Notes: a model not told the origin generated them from the letters alone. A stretch of 64,000 bases of DNA from Candidatus Omnitrophota bacterium (GCA_903860135.1 CAIOPG010000006.1:21117-85116), one strand, 5' to 3'; shown: positions 9,500 through 17,329, counted from the stretch's first letter. Made by a program: numbers and translations.

Positions 9500-11140
9500 A
9501 TGGGGCGTTATTTATCGATAACCTTTGCGGCTACAGTCGCAATTATTTCTTTATTTCCTTTACATAATGTTGCGGCGAGGGAAGATATTCCTATGATGAT
9601 GCCGCAGGAACAACCCATGATGCCATTCCCTTATCAAATGCCCGTTAATCCTGGTGTGCCTGTGCCGGCAACGGGGTCTGTTGTGCCGTTGCCCGTGCCT
9701 GTGTTGCCCAAGGGGGATGCCCTGGTTGCCTGGATGGCGTCTAATGTCAGTTCCAAGACAGGCATGTTTTTCAGTTTTCAGGTCTTACCTGAAGAAAAAG
9801 CCGAGATCTACGGTGCCATGGGCGAGGCTTCTTCTGTGCCCGGGATCGTTGAACGCACCATTGTCGAAGAAGGGCTGGATATTTACGATGGCGCTGTCGG
9901 GCAGATCGCGTTGACCGTTGCCGGCGGGGAGGATAAATTAGCAGTGGCCAGGCATCAACTGGATGTGTACTGGTCAGGAAAATTGGAGAGCCTGATCAGT
10001 ATCCGGGCAGGGTATCCTAATTATAATTTTGTTTATGATCCCAAAGATCCGGAGGTCGTGACGTCGTTGCTGACAGACGAGGGCCGGCGCGGATTTATTT
10101 TTCGTATCATCAATGCCAATGGCAACTACCTGGTGCGGGATCCCTTGGACGGCAAGGAACGGATGGCGGGTTTCCCGGAAGCACCGGATCTACACTGGGA
10201 AGACTGGAAGCCGGTTGCCGGAGAGAATGCCTGGATCGTGATCGCGGCCATGCAGTTGTATCACAAAGAGTATTATAAAGCGGATGTGGATCAATACGTT
10301 GCGCCTGAAGGACCTGTCGAACTGCGCCTTGCCGAAGAATTGGCGCGTGCGGCCATGGTCCTGCAATCGGAGACCGGCGGCATAAGGATGGCACCGATAG
10401 GGACGTACCGTGAGAATGAATTTTATTCAACGTCCACCCAGGGCCAGTGGTGGTACAACCAGATTTCGACAGAGAATAATCTTTCCTGGTACAGCGCGTT
10501 CCGGATGCTGTACCGTGTGACCAGCAAAGAGATCTATCTCCAGGCGATGCAGAAGATGGCAGGTTTCTTCAAGCAGGTTTATGATCCGGTAACGCAGACT
10601 TTTTATCAGGGGATGACCTATAAAGCAGGTGTCTGGCAGGTGAACAGCTCGAATTTTGCGGTGGATGTGCAGACCTGGGGTATTTTATCGCTCGGCGCGG
10701 CTACCATTGAAGACTGGTTCGGAGAGGGCGTTGCCTATTCATTCTGGGCGAAGGCGCGGGAATATTCGGGCACCTGTAATGATCAAGGCTTATTGATGGG
10801 CGTGGGGTATACCAAAGAAAAAGGCCGTGTTTCTGTGGAGTGGAGCGCAGGGGCGATCATGGCGGCGCGTGAACTGGCGGTATTCTATCGTAATTCCCAT
10901 CGTGAACTGGCGCAGGCCGCGGGGCACGATGCGGAGCAGATGCGTGTCGGCATGGAATTACTGCGCCGCGACCTCCCGGGAGGCCAGTCTGCTTATGCCT
11001 ATTCATCCAAACGCGGCTGGATCCCTTTTGGCTGGAATTCGCATGACCCGCGTGTCGTCAGCCTGGCGTCGACCGGTTGGATGTTCTTTGTTGACAAGAA
11101 ATTTAATCCTTTTTGGCTCGATGGCAAAGGCCAGGACTGA
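9500..11140 (+). CDS. Exported protein of unknown function, possibly (alpha/alpha) toroid carbohydrate-active-like
   Basis: SD AGGAGG; signal peptide; Pro/Met-rich linker; aromatic/acidic motifs IYDG, GENAW, ISTENN, DVQTWG, SVEWSAG, IPFGW. The fold is inferred. Confidence 0.55.
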   Translation: MGRYLSITFAATVAIISLFPLHNVAAREDIPMMMPQEQPMMPFPYQMPVNPGVPVPATGSVVPLPVPVLPKGDALVAWMASNVSSKTGMFFSFQVLPEEKAEIYGAMGEASSVPGIVERTIVEEGLDIYDGAVGQIALTVAGGEDKLAVARHQLDVYWSGKLESLISIRAGYPNYNFVYDPKDPEVVTSLLTDEGRRGFIFRIINANGNYLVRDPLDGKERMAGFPEAPDLHWEDWKPVAGENAWIVIAAMQLYHKEYYKADVDQYVAPEGPVELRLAEELARAAMVLQSETGGIRMAPIGTYRENEFYSTSTQGQWWYNQISTENNLSWYSAFRMLYRVTSKEIYLQAMQKMAGFFKQVYDPVTQTFYQGMTYKAGVWQVNSSNFAVDVQTWGILSLGAATIEDWFGEGVAYSFWAKAREYSGTCNDQGLLMGVGYTKEKGRVSVEWSAGAIMAARELAVFYRNSHRELAQAAGHDAEQMRVGMELLRRDLPGGQSAYAYSSKRGWIPFGWNSHDPRVVSLASTGWMFFVDKKFNPFWLDGKGQD

Positions 11141-11258
11141 TCGCCCTGCCTTCCTGATAGAATCCCCCCAAAAATCTGTCTGTCATTTGGTACATTTGAT
11201 ATTTATATGTTATCTTTATTTCTAGATGGATGGAGTCTATTCAAGCAAGGGATAAAGA

Positions 11259-13466
11259 TTGAATATAAGAGTGATAGCGCACAGATGCTTGATGCTTTTT
11301 TTGATGCTGACTTTAGCGGCGTCAGATGTGCGTGTCTATGCGCAGGGAGTTCCCCCACCCGGCACCCGCCTGGCCTTGAGCCCTGTTTTCGCGCCGCCGC
11401 TACTCAAGGGCATCAAGGTGTTCCGCAACGATCCTTTTCGTTTTGATTTCATTTTGGATAAGGGGGATGTCCATCAACCGCTGCCCAGCGAACTTGAAAT
11501 AAAGCGCCTGATCAAATACTTCCTCGCTTCTTTGACGGTGCCCGAGAAAGATTTGTGGGTCAATTTAAGCCCTTATGAAAAAGACCGCATTGTGCCCGAA
11601 GCCTTTGGCCAGACCGAAATGGGGCGTGACTTACTGGCTCAAGACTACATTCTCAAACAGATAACAGCGTCAGTGATTTATCCTGATGAAAAAGTCGGCA
11701 AGGAATTTTGGTCTAAAGTCTATGCCGAAGCTCAGAAACGCTACGGCACCACCGACATCCCCGTCGACACTTTCAACAAAGTCTGGATCACCCCCGCTAA
11801 AGCCACCGTCTACGAACACCAAGACGCCGCCTATGTTGTCGAATCCAGGTTAAAGGTCATGTTGGAGTCCGATTATAAAGCCGCTATAGAAAATAAGGAA
11901 TTCGCACGTAGGGGCGGGTCCGTGACCCGCCCTATTTTATTAAATACGCCCCCAGCGTCACCCGCCCCCGCCGCAGCGTGGGGCGGGCATGGGAGGGGGG
12001 ATGACATCGCCAAACAAGTCCTCCGCGACGTCATCATCCCTATCCTCAACAAAGAAGTCAACGAAGGCCAAAACTTCGCCACCCTGCGCCAGGTCTACAA
12101 TTCCCTTATCCTTGCCACTTGGTATAAGCGTAAAGTCAAAACCAGCATCATGGGCAAGGCGTACGTCGATCAGAAGAAAGTTTCTGGCATTGACATCGCC
12201 GACAAGAACGAAAAAGAAAAGATCTGGTCTCAATATGTTGAAGCTTTCAAGAGGGGTGCTTTTAATCTGATCAAGGAAGAGAAAGACACGACGACTCAAG
12301 AAATGATCCCGCGGCAGTATTTTTCCGGTGGGGCGGATATGTCGATGGAGGTTTTTGAGGTAACAGATGCGGCCATGCCAGCAGAGGTAAATATTGATAA
12401 TTGCAGTATCGTAAATGTTGATGGGGGTATGCTGTTAGTGAATTCCGGTCTATCTAATCGCAAATGGGTAACAACTGATTTATTTGAACACAATCCACGG
12501 AAGTTTATGTATTCTGTAAAAATGTCTGGCCTTGCCAGGCTATTAAAACCACCAGCACAAGGCGATCCAATTTCGTATTCACTTGCTTTGATCAGTGATA
12601 GTTATTTGAAAACATTTAATCGAGGTGGTGGTGGCAATGTTGGATTAGTCTTTGATTTTGCGGATGAGGATGTTCTGGCAATTTTGGCATCGATGAACGA
12701 TATCGCGGCCTTTGATAAGACAGAGGAGACGCAACGTGAATTCATTAAAAAACAATTAAAACGTGATCCTAGTAATGTTATGTATCAAACTATTGTTGAC
12801 AATAGTCCTCCTAGGCAGCTTGCTATTGTGCCTGAAGAATTGATTAGGGCTTCAATCAAGGCAGGAAATAAGAATAATGAAGTAATTGTTAAGAATAATT
12901 TAACTCTGCAACCTAAAGCAATTATCTTGATTGTAAGGTGTCAGGGAGGATCACGTTTGTTTCGGGAAGATGTCGATGCCTTAAAGGTTAATCCAATGTT
13001 AAGTGAGGTCTATTCTGCAATGACAGCTGGGAAATTACCAGTTGTTATTGTCGGTGAAAATGGTTCCCCATTGAAGACTGCTAGGAGAATCTTTAAGCAT
13101 ATGTTTAGGGATCTTCAGGAAACAAGACCGTTCTTTTTTGAAAAGAAGTCTGGCCCATCGCCGGCAAAGTCCGGGTTTATAGGATGGATCGGTGTGTTCG
13201 TGAAGCAAAATCCTTCTGCTATTACACGTATAGATCGTGGCCAGAAGAATAGTGACAATGCCGAGAAGCTTGGCGGTATCGACCTTGATCCGGCCAAGAT
13301 CGACTTAAGTACAAAGAATTCCGGCGGCGAAATTGCGTTCAACCTCGACCCCGCGATGCTCGCCCGTATGCAGCATGCTTCTGGGATTTCGCCTGTTATT
13401 GTCAGTGTGCACCCGATGGAAAGCCTTTCGGCATTTCTGGGGATTGTGAAGCCGGGAGGGCGGTAG
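11259..13466 (+). CDS. Exported modular protein: conserved N-domain, variable AT-rich cargo, GGIDL C-terminal module (paralog of 54826..56436)
   Basis: Signal peptide ending VYAQ; shares LIKYFLASLT, DLWVNLSPYE, TEMGRD.LAQDYILKQ, DIPVDTFNKVWI, KEVNEGQNFA, YFSGG and GGI(D/A)L with the second copy. Confidence 0.85.
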   Translation: MNIRVIAHRCLMLFLMLTLAASDVRVYAQGVPPPGTRLALSPVFAPPLLKGIKVFRNDPFRFDFILDKGDVHQPLPSELEIKRLIKYFLASLTVPEKDLWVNLSPYEKDRIVPEAFGQTEMGRDLLAQDYILKQITASVIYPDEKVGKEFWSKVYAEAQKRYGTTDIPVDTFNKVWITPAKATVYEHQDAAYVVESRLKVMLESDYKAAIENKEFARRGGSVTRPILLNTPPASPAPAAAWGGHGRGDDIAKQVLRDVIIPILNKEVNEGQNFATLRQVYNSLILATWYKRKVKTSIMGKAYVDQKKVSGIDIADKNEKEKIWSQYVEAFKRGAFNLIKEEKDTTTQEMIPRQYFSGGADMSMEVFEVTDAAMPAEVNIDNCSIVNVDGGMLLVNSGLSNRKWVTTDLFEHNPRKFMYSVKMSGLARLLKPPAQGDPISYSLALISDSYLKTFNRGGGGNVGLVFDFADEDVLAILASMNDIAAFDKTEETQREFIKKQLKRDPSNVMYQTIVDNSPPRQLAIVPEELIRASIKAGNKNNEVIVKNNLTLQPKAIILIVRCQGGSRLFREDVDALKVNPMLSEVYSAMTAGKLPVVIVGENGSPLKTARRIFKHMFRDLQETRPFFFEKKSGPSPAKSGFIGWIGVFVKQNPSAITRIDRGQKNSDNAEKLGGIDLDPAKIDLSTKNSGGEIAFNLDPAMLARMQHASGISPVIVSVHPMESLSAFLGIVKPGGR
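11908..11933 (+). repeat. GTAG-type REP-like palindrome inside CDS
   Basis: GTAG-GGGCGGGTC-CGT-GACCCGCCC, perfect 9 bp stem; a related copy lies at 43049. Confidence 0.6.
11959..12000 (+). repeat. C-rich/G-rich palindromic element inside CDS
   Basis: CACCCGCCCCCGCCGCAGCGTGGGGCGGGCATGGGAGGGGGG, near-identical to 55514-55555 and similar to intergenic 45454-45491. Confidence 0.55.
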
Positions 13467-13533
13467 GCTTATTTATCCGTGTTAAACGGCAAGGGTTCAA
13501 ACGACGATAAATATGACAATTATAAGAAATCGG

Positions 13534-13561
13534 TAGACAATTTGTTCCACATTTGTATAAT
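13534..13561 (+). promoter_or_regulatory. Putative sigma70 promoter of tRNA-Lys
   Basis: TAGACA-16 nt-TATAAT about 30 nt upstream of the tRNA. Confidence 0.6.
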
Positions 13562-13591
13562 ATCGTCTCGCAGTTTTATGCCGCTCCTTGC

Positions 13592-13664
13592 GGGCCTCTA
13601 GCTCATCTGGTAGAGCAAGTGACTCTTAATCACTTGGTACCGAGTTCGACTCTCGGGAGGCCCA
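13592..13664 (+). tRNA. tRNA-Lys (anticodon CTT); CCA not encoded
   Basis: Acceptor GGGCCTC/GAGGCCC+A, D-arm GCTC..GAGC, anticodon arm AGTGA-CTCTTAA-TCACT, T-arm CCGAG-TTCGACT-CTCGG; followed by CTA. Confidence 0.95.
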
Positions 13665-13668
13665 CTAT

Positions 13669-13710
13669 TTAGAAAAGCCGTATCCCTTTTGGGATATGGC
13701 TTTTCTATTT
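13669..13710 (+). terminator. Hairpin/terminator downstream of the tRNA
   Basis: TAGAAAAGCCGTATCCC-TTTT-GGGATATGGCTTTTCTA followed by TTT. Confidence 0.65.
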
Positions 13711-13762
13711 CTTGAGAGCCGACCGAGAGGAGAAGGAGCCCCGCAGGGCGACTGGAGGGCAC

Positions 13763-13783
13763 CGACTCTCGGGAGGCCCACCA
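13763..13783 (+). repeat. Direct repeat of the tRNA-Lys 3' end (att-like), carrying CCA
   Basis: CGACTCTCGGGAGGCCCAC identical to 13647-13665 (19 bp) and ending ...CCCACCA. Confidence 0.85.
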
Positions 13784-13794
13784 TATTAACGACG

Positions 13795-13828
13795 AAGAAG
13801 CTTCTCTTTAACTGGGGGAGCTTTTTTG
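13795..13828 (+). terminator. Intrinsic terminator after the displaced tRNA end
   Basis: AAGAAGCTTCTCT-TTAACT-GGGGGAGCTTTTTT. Confidence 0.55.
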
Positions 13829-13975
13829 TGATCTTCCCACGAAAAAGTGGACACAACGAAGGGGTGGTGACAGTATGAGAACTAGCTCAAAAAACGGAGG
13901 TGTTCAGTGGCAGGAGAATCGAACAAGAAAAAGCAGTTTGACCGTGAATTTAAAATGTCTGCGGTCAAGACCTGA
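13829..13975 (+). mobile_element. IS3-family left-end remnant (IRL plus truncated orfA)
   Basis: TGATCTTCCCACGAAAAAGTGGACA resembles an IS3-type IRL; SD GGAGG then GTG 13907 encodes MAGESNKKKQFDREFKMSAVKT*, the (F/Y)xxEFKxxAV start of IS3 OrfA. Confidence 0.65.
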
Positions 13976-14096
13976 TAGCTCATCTGTTGGAGCAAGTGAC
14001 GATTTGTCGAGTACAAGGATTATTTGCAGGATATTAGTGAGGCCTCTTTTACAATCTCTTCTTGAGATTGTTGAGCAATAAAAATCATTTCCCCCC

Positions 14097-14125
14097 TTGC
14101 ATTTTCCATAAATAGAGAGTATATT
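14097..14125 (+). promoter_or_regulatory. Putative sigma70 promoter of amtB-glnK
   Basis: TTGCAT-17 nt-TATATT. Confidence 0.6.
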
Positions 14126-14186
14126 TAAAACATAGACAAGGTCTCACTGAGTTGTAAGACCTAACACGGCCGAACAGGCCGTGACA

Positions 14187-14319
14187 TTTATCGGGCAAGG
14201 TTGTCCGTAAATATAAAGTATAGAAGCTTTAGATATAGTCCTGCAAAGGGCTGGCCCAAAAGGGCGGAAGACAAAGACGTCTTCAATTCATCATCAATGA
14301 ATTGAAGACGTCTTTTTTT
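14187..14319 (+). promoter_or_regulatory. ANTAR-type dual-hairpin antitermination leader with overlapping intrinsic terminator
   Basis: Hexaloop hairpins CGGGC-AAGGTT-GTCCG (14192-14207) and GAAGAC-AAAGAC-GTCTTC (14267-14284), both with loop A1/G4; the second overlaps the 5' arm of a 19 bp terminator stem (14273-14315) followed by a T-run. Confidence 0.75.
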
Positions 14320-14500
14320 GTTTCAATGTTGAAAATCGGCAGAAGGTTTCAAATCAGATAAATGGAGGATCTATGGGGAAAGTAAATTGTTTGGGAAGGG
14401 ATTCGCCTTCTGGAGGGAGGTCGTAGCATTGTTGGGCGTGTGTTGTTTTAATAGGGAAGGTAGAAAACAAATCAAAGGTCAATAACAAAGGAGTAATCAC

Positions 14501-15727
14501 ATGAATTCTGGCGATACAGCATGGGTCCTTATTTCAACGGCCCTTGTCATGCTCATGACACCGGGGTTGGCGTTTTTTTATGGGGGGATGGTTCGACGGA
14601 AGAATGTCCTTAGTGTTTTGATGCAGTGTTTCTTTATCCTGTGCCTGGTGAGTGTGCTGTGGGTTGTTTACGGGTACAGCCTGGCCTTCGCACCCGGGAC
14701 AGGTTTCTGGGGCGGGTTGTCGTGGTCGATGTTGAACGGTGTCGGGCTGGATCCGTATGCTGATTATTCGGCGACCATTCCGCATCAGGCTTTCATGATC
14801 TTCCAGGCCATGTTCGCGGTGATCACGCCGGCGCTGATCATCGGAGCGTTCGCCGAGAGGATGAAGTTTTCTTCGTTTGTCGTGTTCATTGTCCTGTGGC
14901 TTACATTCGTATATGCACCGATCTGCCACTGGGTGTGGGGTATCGGTGGTTTTCTTCGTAATATGGGAGCGCTGGATTTTGCCGGTGGAACGGTGGTGCA
15001 TATCAATGCCGGTATTGCGGCGCTGGTGACCGCGCTCATGATCGGTCCGCGCAAGAATGCGGAGAAGCATATTCCTTCGCCGCATAACCTTCCGTTTGTG
15101 GCACTGGGAACGGCGTTGCTGTGGTTCGGTTGGTTCGGGTTCAATGCCGGTTCCGCGCTGGCGGCCAATGGTTTGGCGGCCAATGCGTTTGTCGTGACCA
15201 ATGTGGCGGCGGCAGCGGCAGGCTTGAGTTGGGCGATGATCGAGTGGTTCCGTAACGGCAAGCCGACGCTTTTCGGTGTGGCTTCCGGTGCTGTGGCAGG
15301 CTTGGTGGCGATCACGCCGGCGGCGGGTTACGTCAATGTGTCAGGGGCGCTCATTATCGGGCTTCTGGTGAGTGTGTTTTGTTATCTGGCTGCGGCGGTT
15401 ATTAAACCAAAAATGGGTTATGACGATGCGCTCGATGCTTTTGGCGTGCATTGTGTCGGCGGTATCTGGGGTGCTTTGGCCACGGGCCTCTTTGCCACGA
15501 AGCTGGTGAACGCGGCGGGCAATGACGGGTTTTTCTATGGCAATCCGGCGCAGTTCATGATCCAGGTGAAAGCGGTTGCGGTTACACTGATCTATTCCAC
15601 GATCGTAACGTTTATCCTGTTTAAGGTCGTAGATCTTGTTATGGGCATGAGGGTGACAACCAAGGAAGAGGATGTGGGCCTTGACTTGACCCAGCATCAT
15701 GAAAGAGCTTACACGGTATTGGAATAA
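14501..15727 (+). CDS. amtB: Ammonium transporter AmtB
   Basis: MTPGLAFFYGG, DFAGGTVVH, LWFGWFGFNAGS, DDALDAFGVH (twin His). Confidence 0.97.
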   Translation: MNSGDTAWVLISTALVMLMTPGLAFFYGGMVRRKNVLSVLMQCFFILCLVSVLWVVYGYSLAFAPGTGFWGGLSWSMLNGVGLDPYADYSATIPHQAFMIFQAMFAVITPALIIGAFAERMKFSSFVVFIVLWLTFVYAPICHWVWGIGGFLRNMGALDFAGGTVVHINAGIAALVTALMIGPRKNAEKHIPSPHNLPFVALGTALLWFGWFGFNAGSALAANGLAANAFVVTNVAAAAAGLSWAMIEWFRNGKPTLFGVASGAVAGLVAITPAAGYVNVSGALIIGLLVSVFCYLAAAVIKPKMGYDDALDAFGVHCVGGIWGALATGLFATKLVNAAGNDGFFYGNPAQFMIQVKAVAVTLIYSTIVTFILFKVVDLVMGMRVTTKEEDVGLDLTQHHERAYTVLE

Positions 15728-15734
15728 TTAATTA

Positions 15735-16097
15735 ATGAAAATGGAGGATAATACGATGAAGATGATCATTGCGATCATTCAACCAGGGAAACTGGACGAT
15801 GTCCGTGACGAGTTATACAAGGCTGACATTAACCTGATGACAGTCACTGAAGTGCTGGGACATGGGCGTCAGAAGGGCGTCACCGAGATTTACCGCGGTG
15901 CCAGGGAGATGGGAAATTTCCTGCGCAAGGTGCGTCTGGAGATCGCGGTCAATGACACCTATGTCGAGGCTGCCGTAAAGGCGATCGTCAAGGGTGCCAA
16001 GACCGGTGAAACGGGTGACGGCAAGATATTCATTCTGCCGCTGGAGCAGTCTATCCGTATCCGCACCGAAGAACGTGGGAGTATCTCGATCGGCTAA
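15735..16097 (+). CDS. glnK: P-II nitrogen regulator GlnK/GlnB
   Basis: GHGRQKG, YRG, TGETGDGKIF, IRIRT; adjacent to amtB; likely start ATG 15756. Confidence 0.93.
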   Translation: MKMEDNTMKMIIAIIQPGKLDDVRDELYKADINLMTVTEVLGHGRQKGVTEIYRGAREMGNFLRKVRLEIAVNDTYVEAAVKAIVKGAKTGETGDGKIFILPLEQSIRIRTEERGSISIG

Positions 16098-16141
16098 TGA
16101 AGCGGGATGCCAGAATAATGTCGGCATCACACTAGATGATC

Positions 16142-16181
16142 AATGGCGGGGAGGGGGCCTAAAAACCCCTCCCCTGTTATT
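16142..16181 (+). terminator. Stem-loop after glnK
   Basis: AATGGCGGGGAGGGG...CCCCTCCCCTGTTATT inverted repeat. Confidence 0.5.
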
Positions 16182-16272
16182 AATGTAATGTTTAAGAAAT
16201 AAGTAACAATCTCCTTGAGTCTGGATTTGAAAGAAATATAATTTTAATATATTTCTTTATAAAGGAGAAGAT

Positions 16273-17319
16273 GTGAAGTCATTTATATTCATATCGTTGT
16301 TGTTGTTTGGTTTTTGGGTTACGGATGTATTTGCGCTGGACATGGATCTGGTGTCTCAAGGACTTGATGCGTATGCTAGGGAAAATAATCTCCCTGAAAG
16401 CGATGCGGCAGTGGCGACGACAGGCGTCGATGTGTCCGGCAGTGAACAGGCACCTGACATGGTTGTGATCCCGTATGTGCCGCAGGCTCCGGCGTTAAAG
16501 GTCGTGCGCAAGCAACATGAATTTGAGGTGGGTATTGAGCGGTATCAATACAAGTATCATGAGTACGCCGAGATCGGTTCAAAGTTCATGCATATGAGAG
16601 GCGCCTATAGCGGCATTTTTATGGCGTATGCCTTCCGCCCGGTCGACATTGATTCCATGGTCGAGCAGATCATCAATCTTTATCGTGTGGAATTGAGGTA
16701 TGCCACCGGTCGTGTTAATTATACAGGCGCTCAGCAGGATTCTTTGGGCAATGTTACCGGGTTTACTTATAATGGTGTTAATGATTTTGTATTTGAAGGG
16801 CGCGGGATCCTCGGTAATGAGTACGCACTGCCTCAGGCATGGACAGTGACACCTTATACGGGACTGGGCTATCGTTTGTTGAATGATAGTATGCAAGAAG
16901 CCGGCCCGGGGGGGTATGAACGGGAATCCAGCTACTGGTACTTGCCGTTGGGGGCGACACTGGCCAAAGATTTGCCGCGCGGCTGGAGATGTGAATACAA
17001 TGCCGAGTATGATTATTTTATTTCCGGGAAGCAGGTTTCACATCTTGAGGATATAGACTCGGCCCTTGATCCATTGGGGAATAAACAGAACAAGGGGTTT
17101 GGCTGGCGCACATCCTTGAAGGTGGTTAAAAGCTTTCCTCGCGTGAAATGGAGCCTTGAACCCTACTATCGTTTTTGGCACATTCAAAAGTCGTGTGTCG
17201 AGCCATGGACATCGCAAGGACAGCCTATTTCGGGGTCGGTTCCTGACACCATCATCGTTGGTTGGGAACCAGACAATATCACCCAGGAACTGGGTTTGCG
17301 CCTGGGGGCTCAGTTTTAG
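16273..17319 (+). CDS. Outer-membrane beta-barrel protein of unknown function
   Basis: Signal peptide, alternating amphipathic beta strands (TPYTGLGYR, LEPYYRFW), C-terminal GLRLGAQF signature; SD AAGGAG. Confidence 0.75.
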   Translation: MKSFIFISLLLFGFWVTDVFALDMDLVSQGLDAYARENNLPESDAAVATTGVDVSGSEQAPDMVVIPYVPQAPALKVVRKQHEFEVGIERYQYKYHEYAEIGSKFMHMRGAYSGIFMAYAFRPVDIDSMVEQIINLYRVELRYATGRVNYTGAQQDSLGNVTGFTYNGVNDFVFEGRGILGNEYALPQAWTVTPYTGLGYRLLNDSMQEAGPGGYERESSYWYLPLGATLAKDLPRGWRCEYNAEYDYFISGKQVSHLEDIDSALDPLGNKQNKGFGWRTSLKVVKSFPRVKWSLEPYYRFWHIQKSCVEPWTSQGQPISGSVPDTIIVGWEPDNITQELGLRLGAQF

Positions 17320-17329
17320 CCACCGCGGT

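Noticed and set aside
11259-13466. Diversity-generating retroelement (TR/VR) explanation for the paralog similarity
   Set aside because: No reverse transcriptase in the window, and the differences are not confined to adenines.
13592-13975. Prophage or genomic island at tRNA-Lys
   Set aside because: The att-like repeats are only ~100 bp apart and no integrase or phage gene is present.
13665-14081. Short ORFs 13665-13856, 13696-13878 and 13875-14081
   Set aside because: They span terminators, the tRNA repeat and the IS scar; no protein-like features.
14130-14320. CRISPR array, T-box or glutamine riboswitch
   Set aside because: The hairpins are not repeated units, and no T-box or glnA consensus was seen; the ANTAR model fits better.
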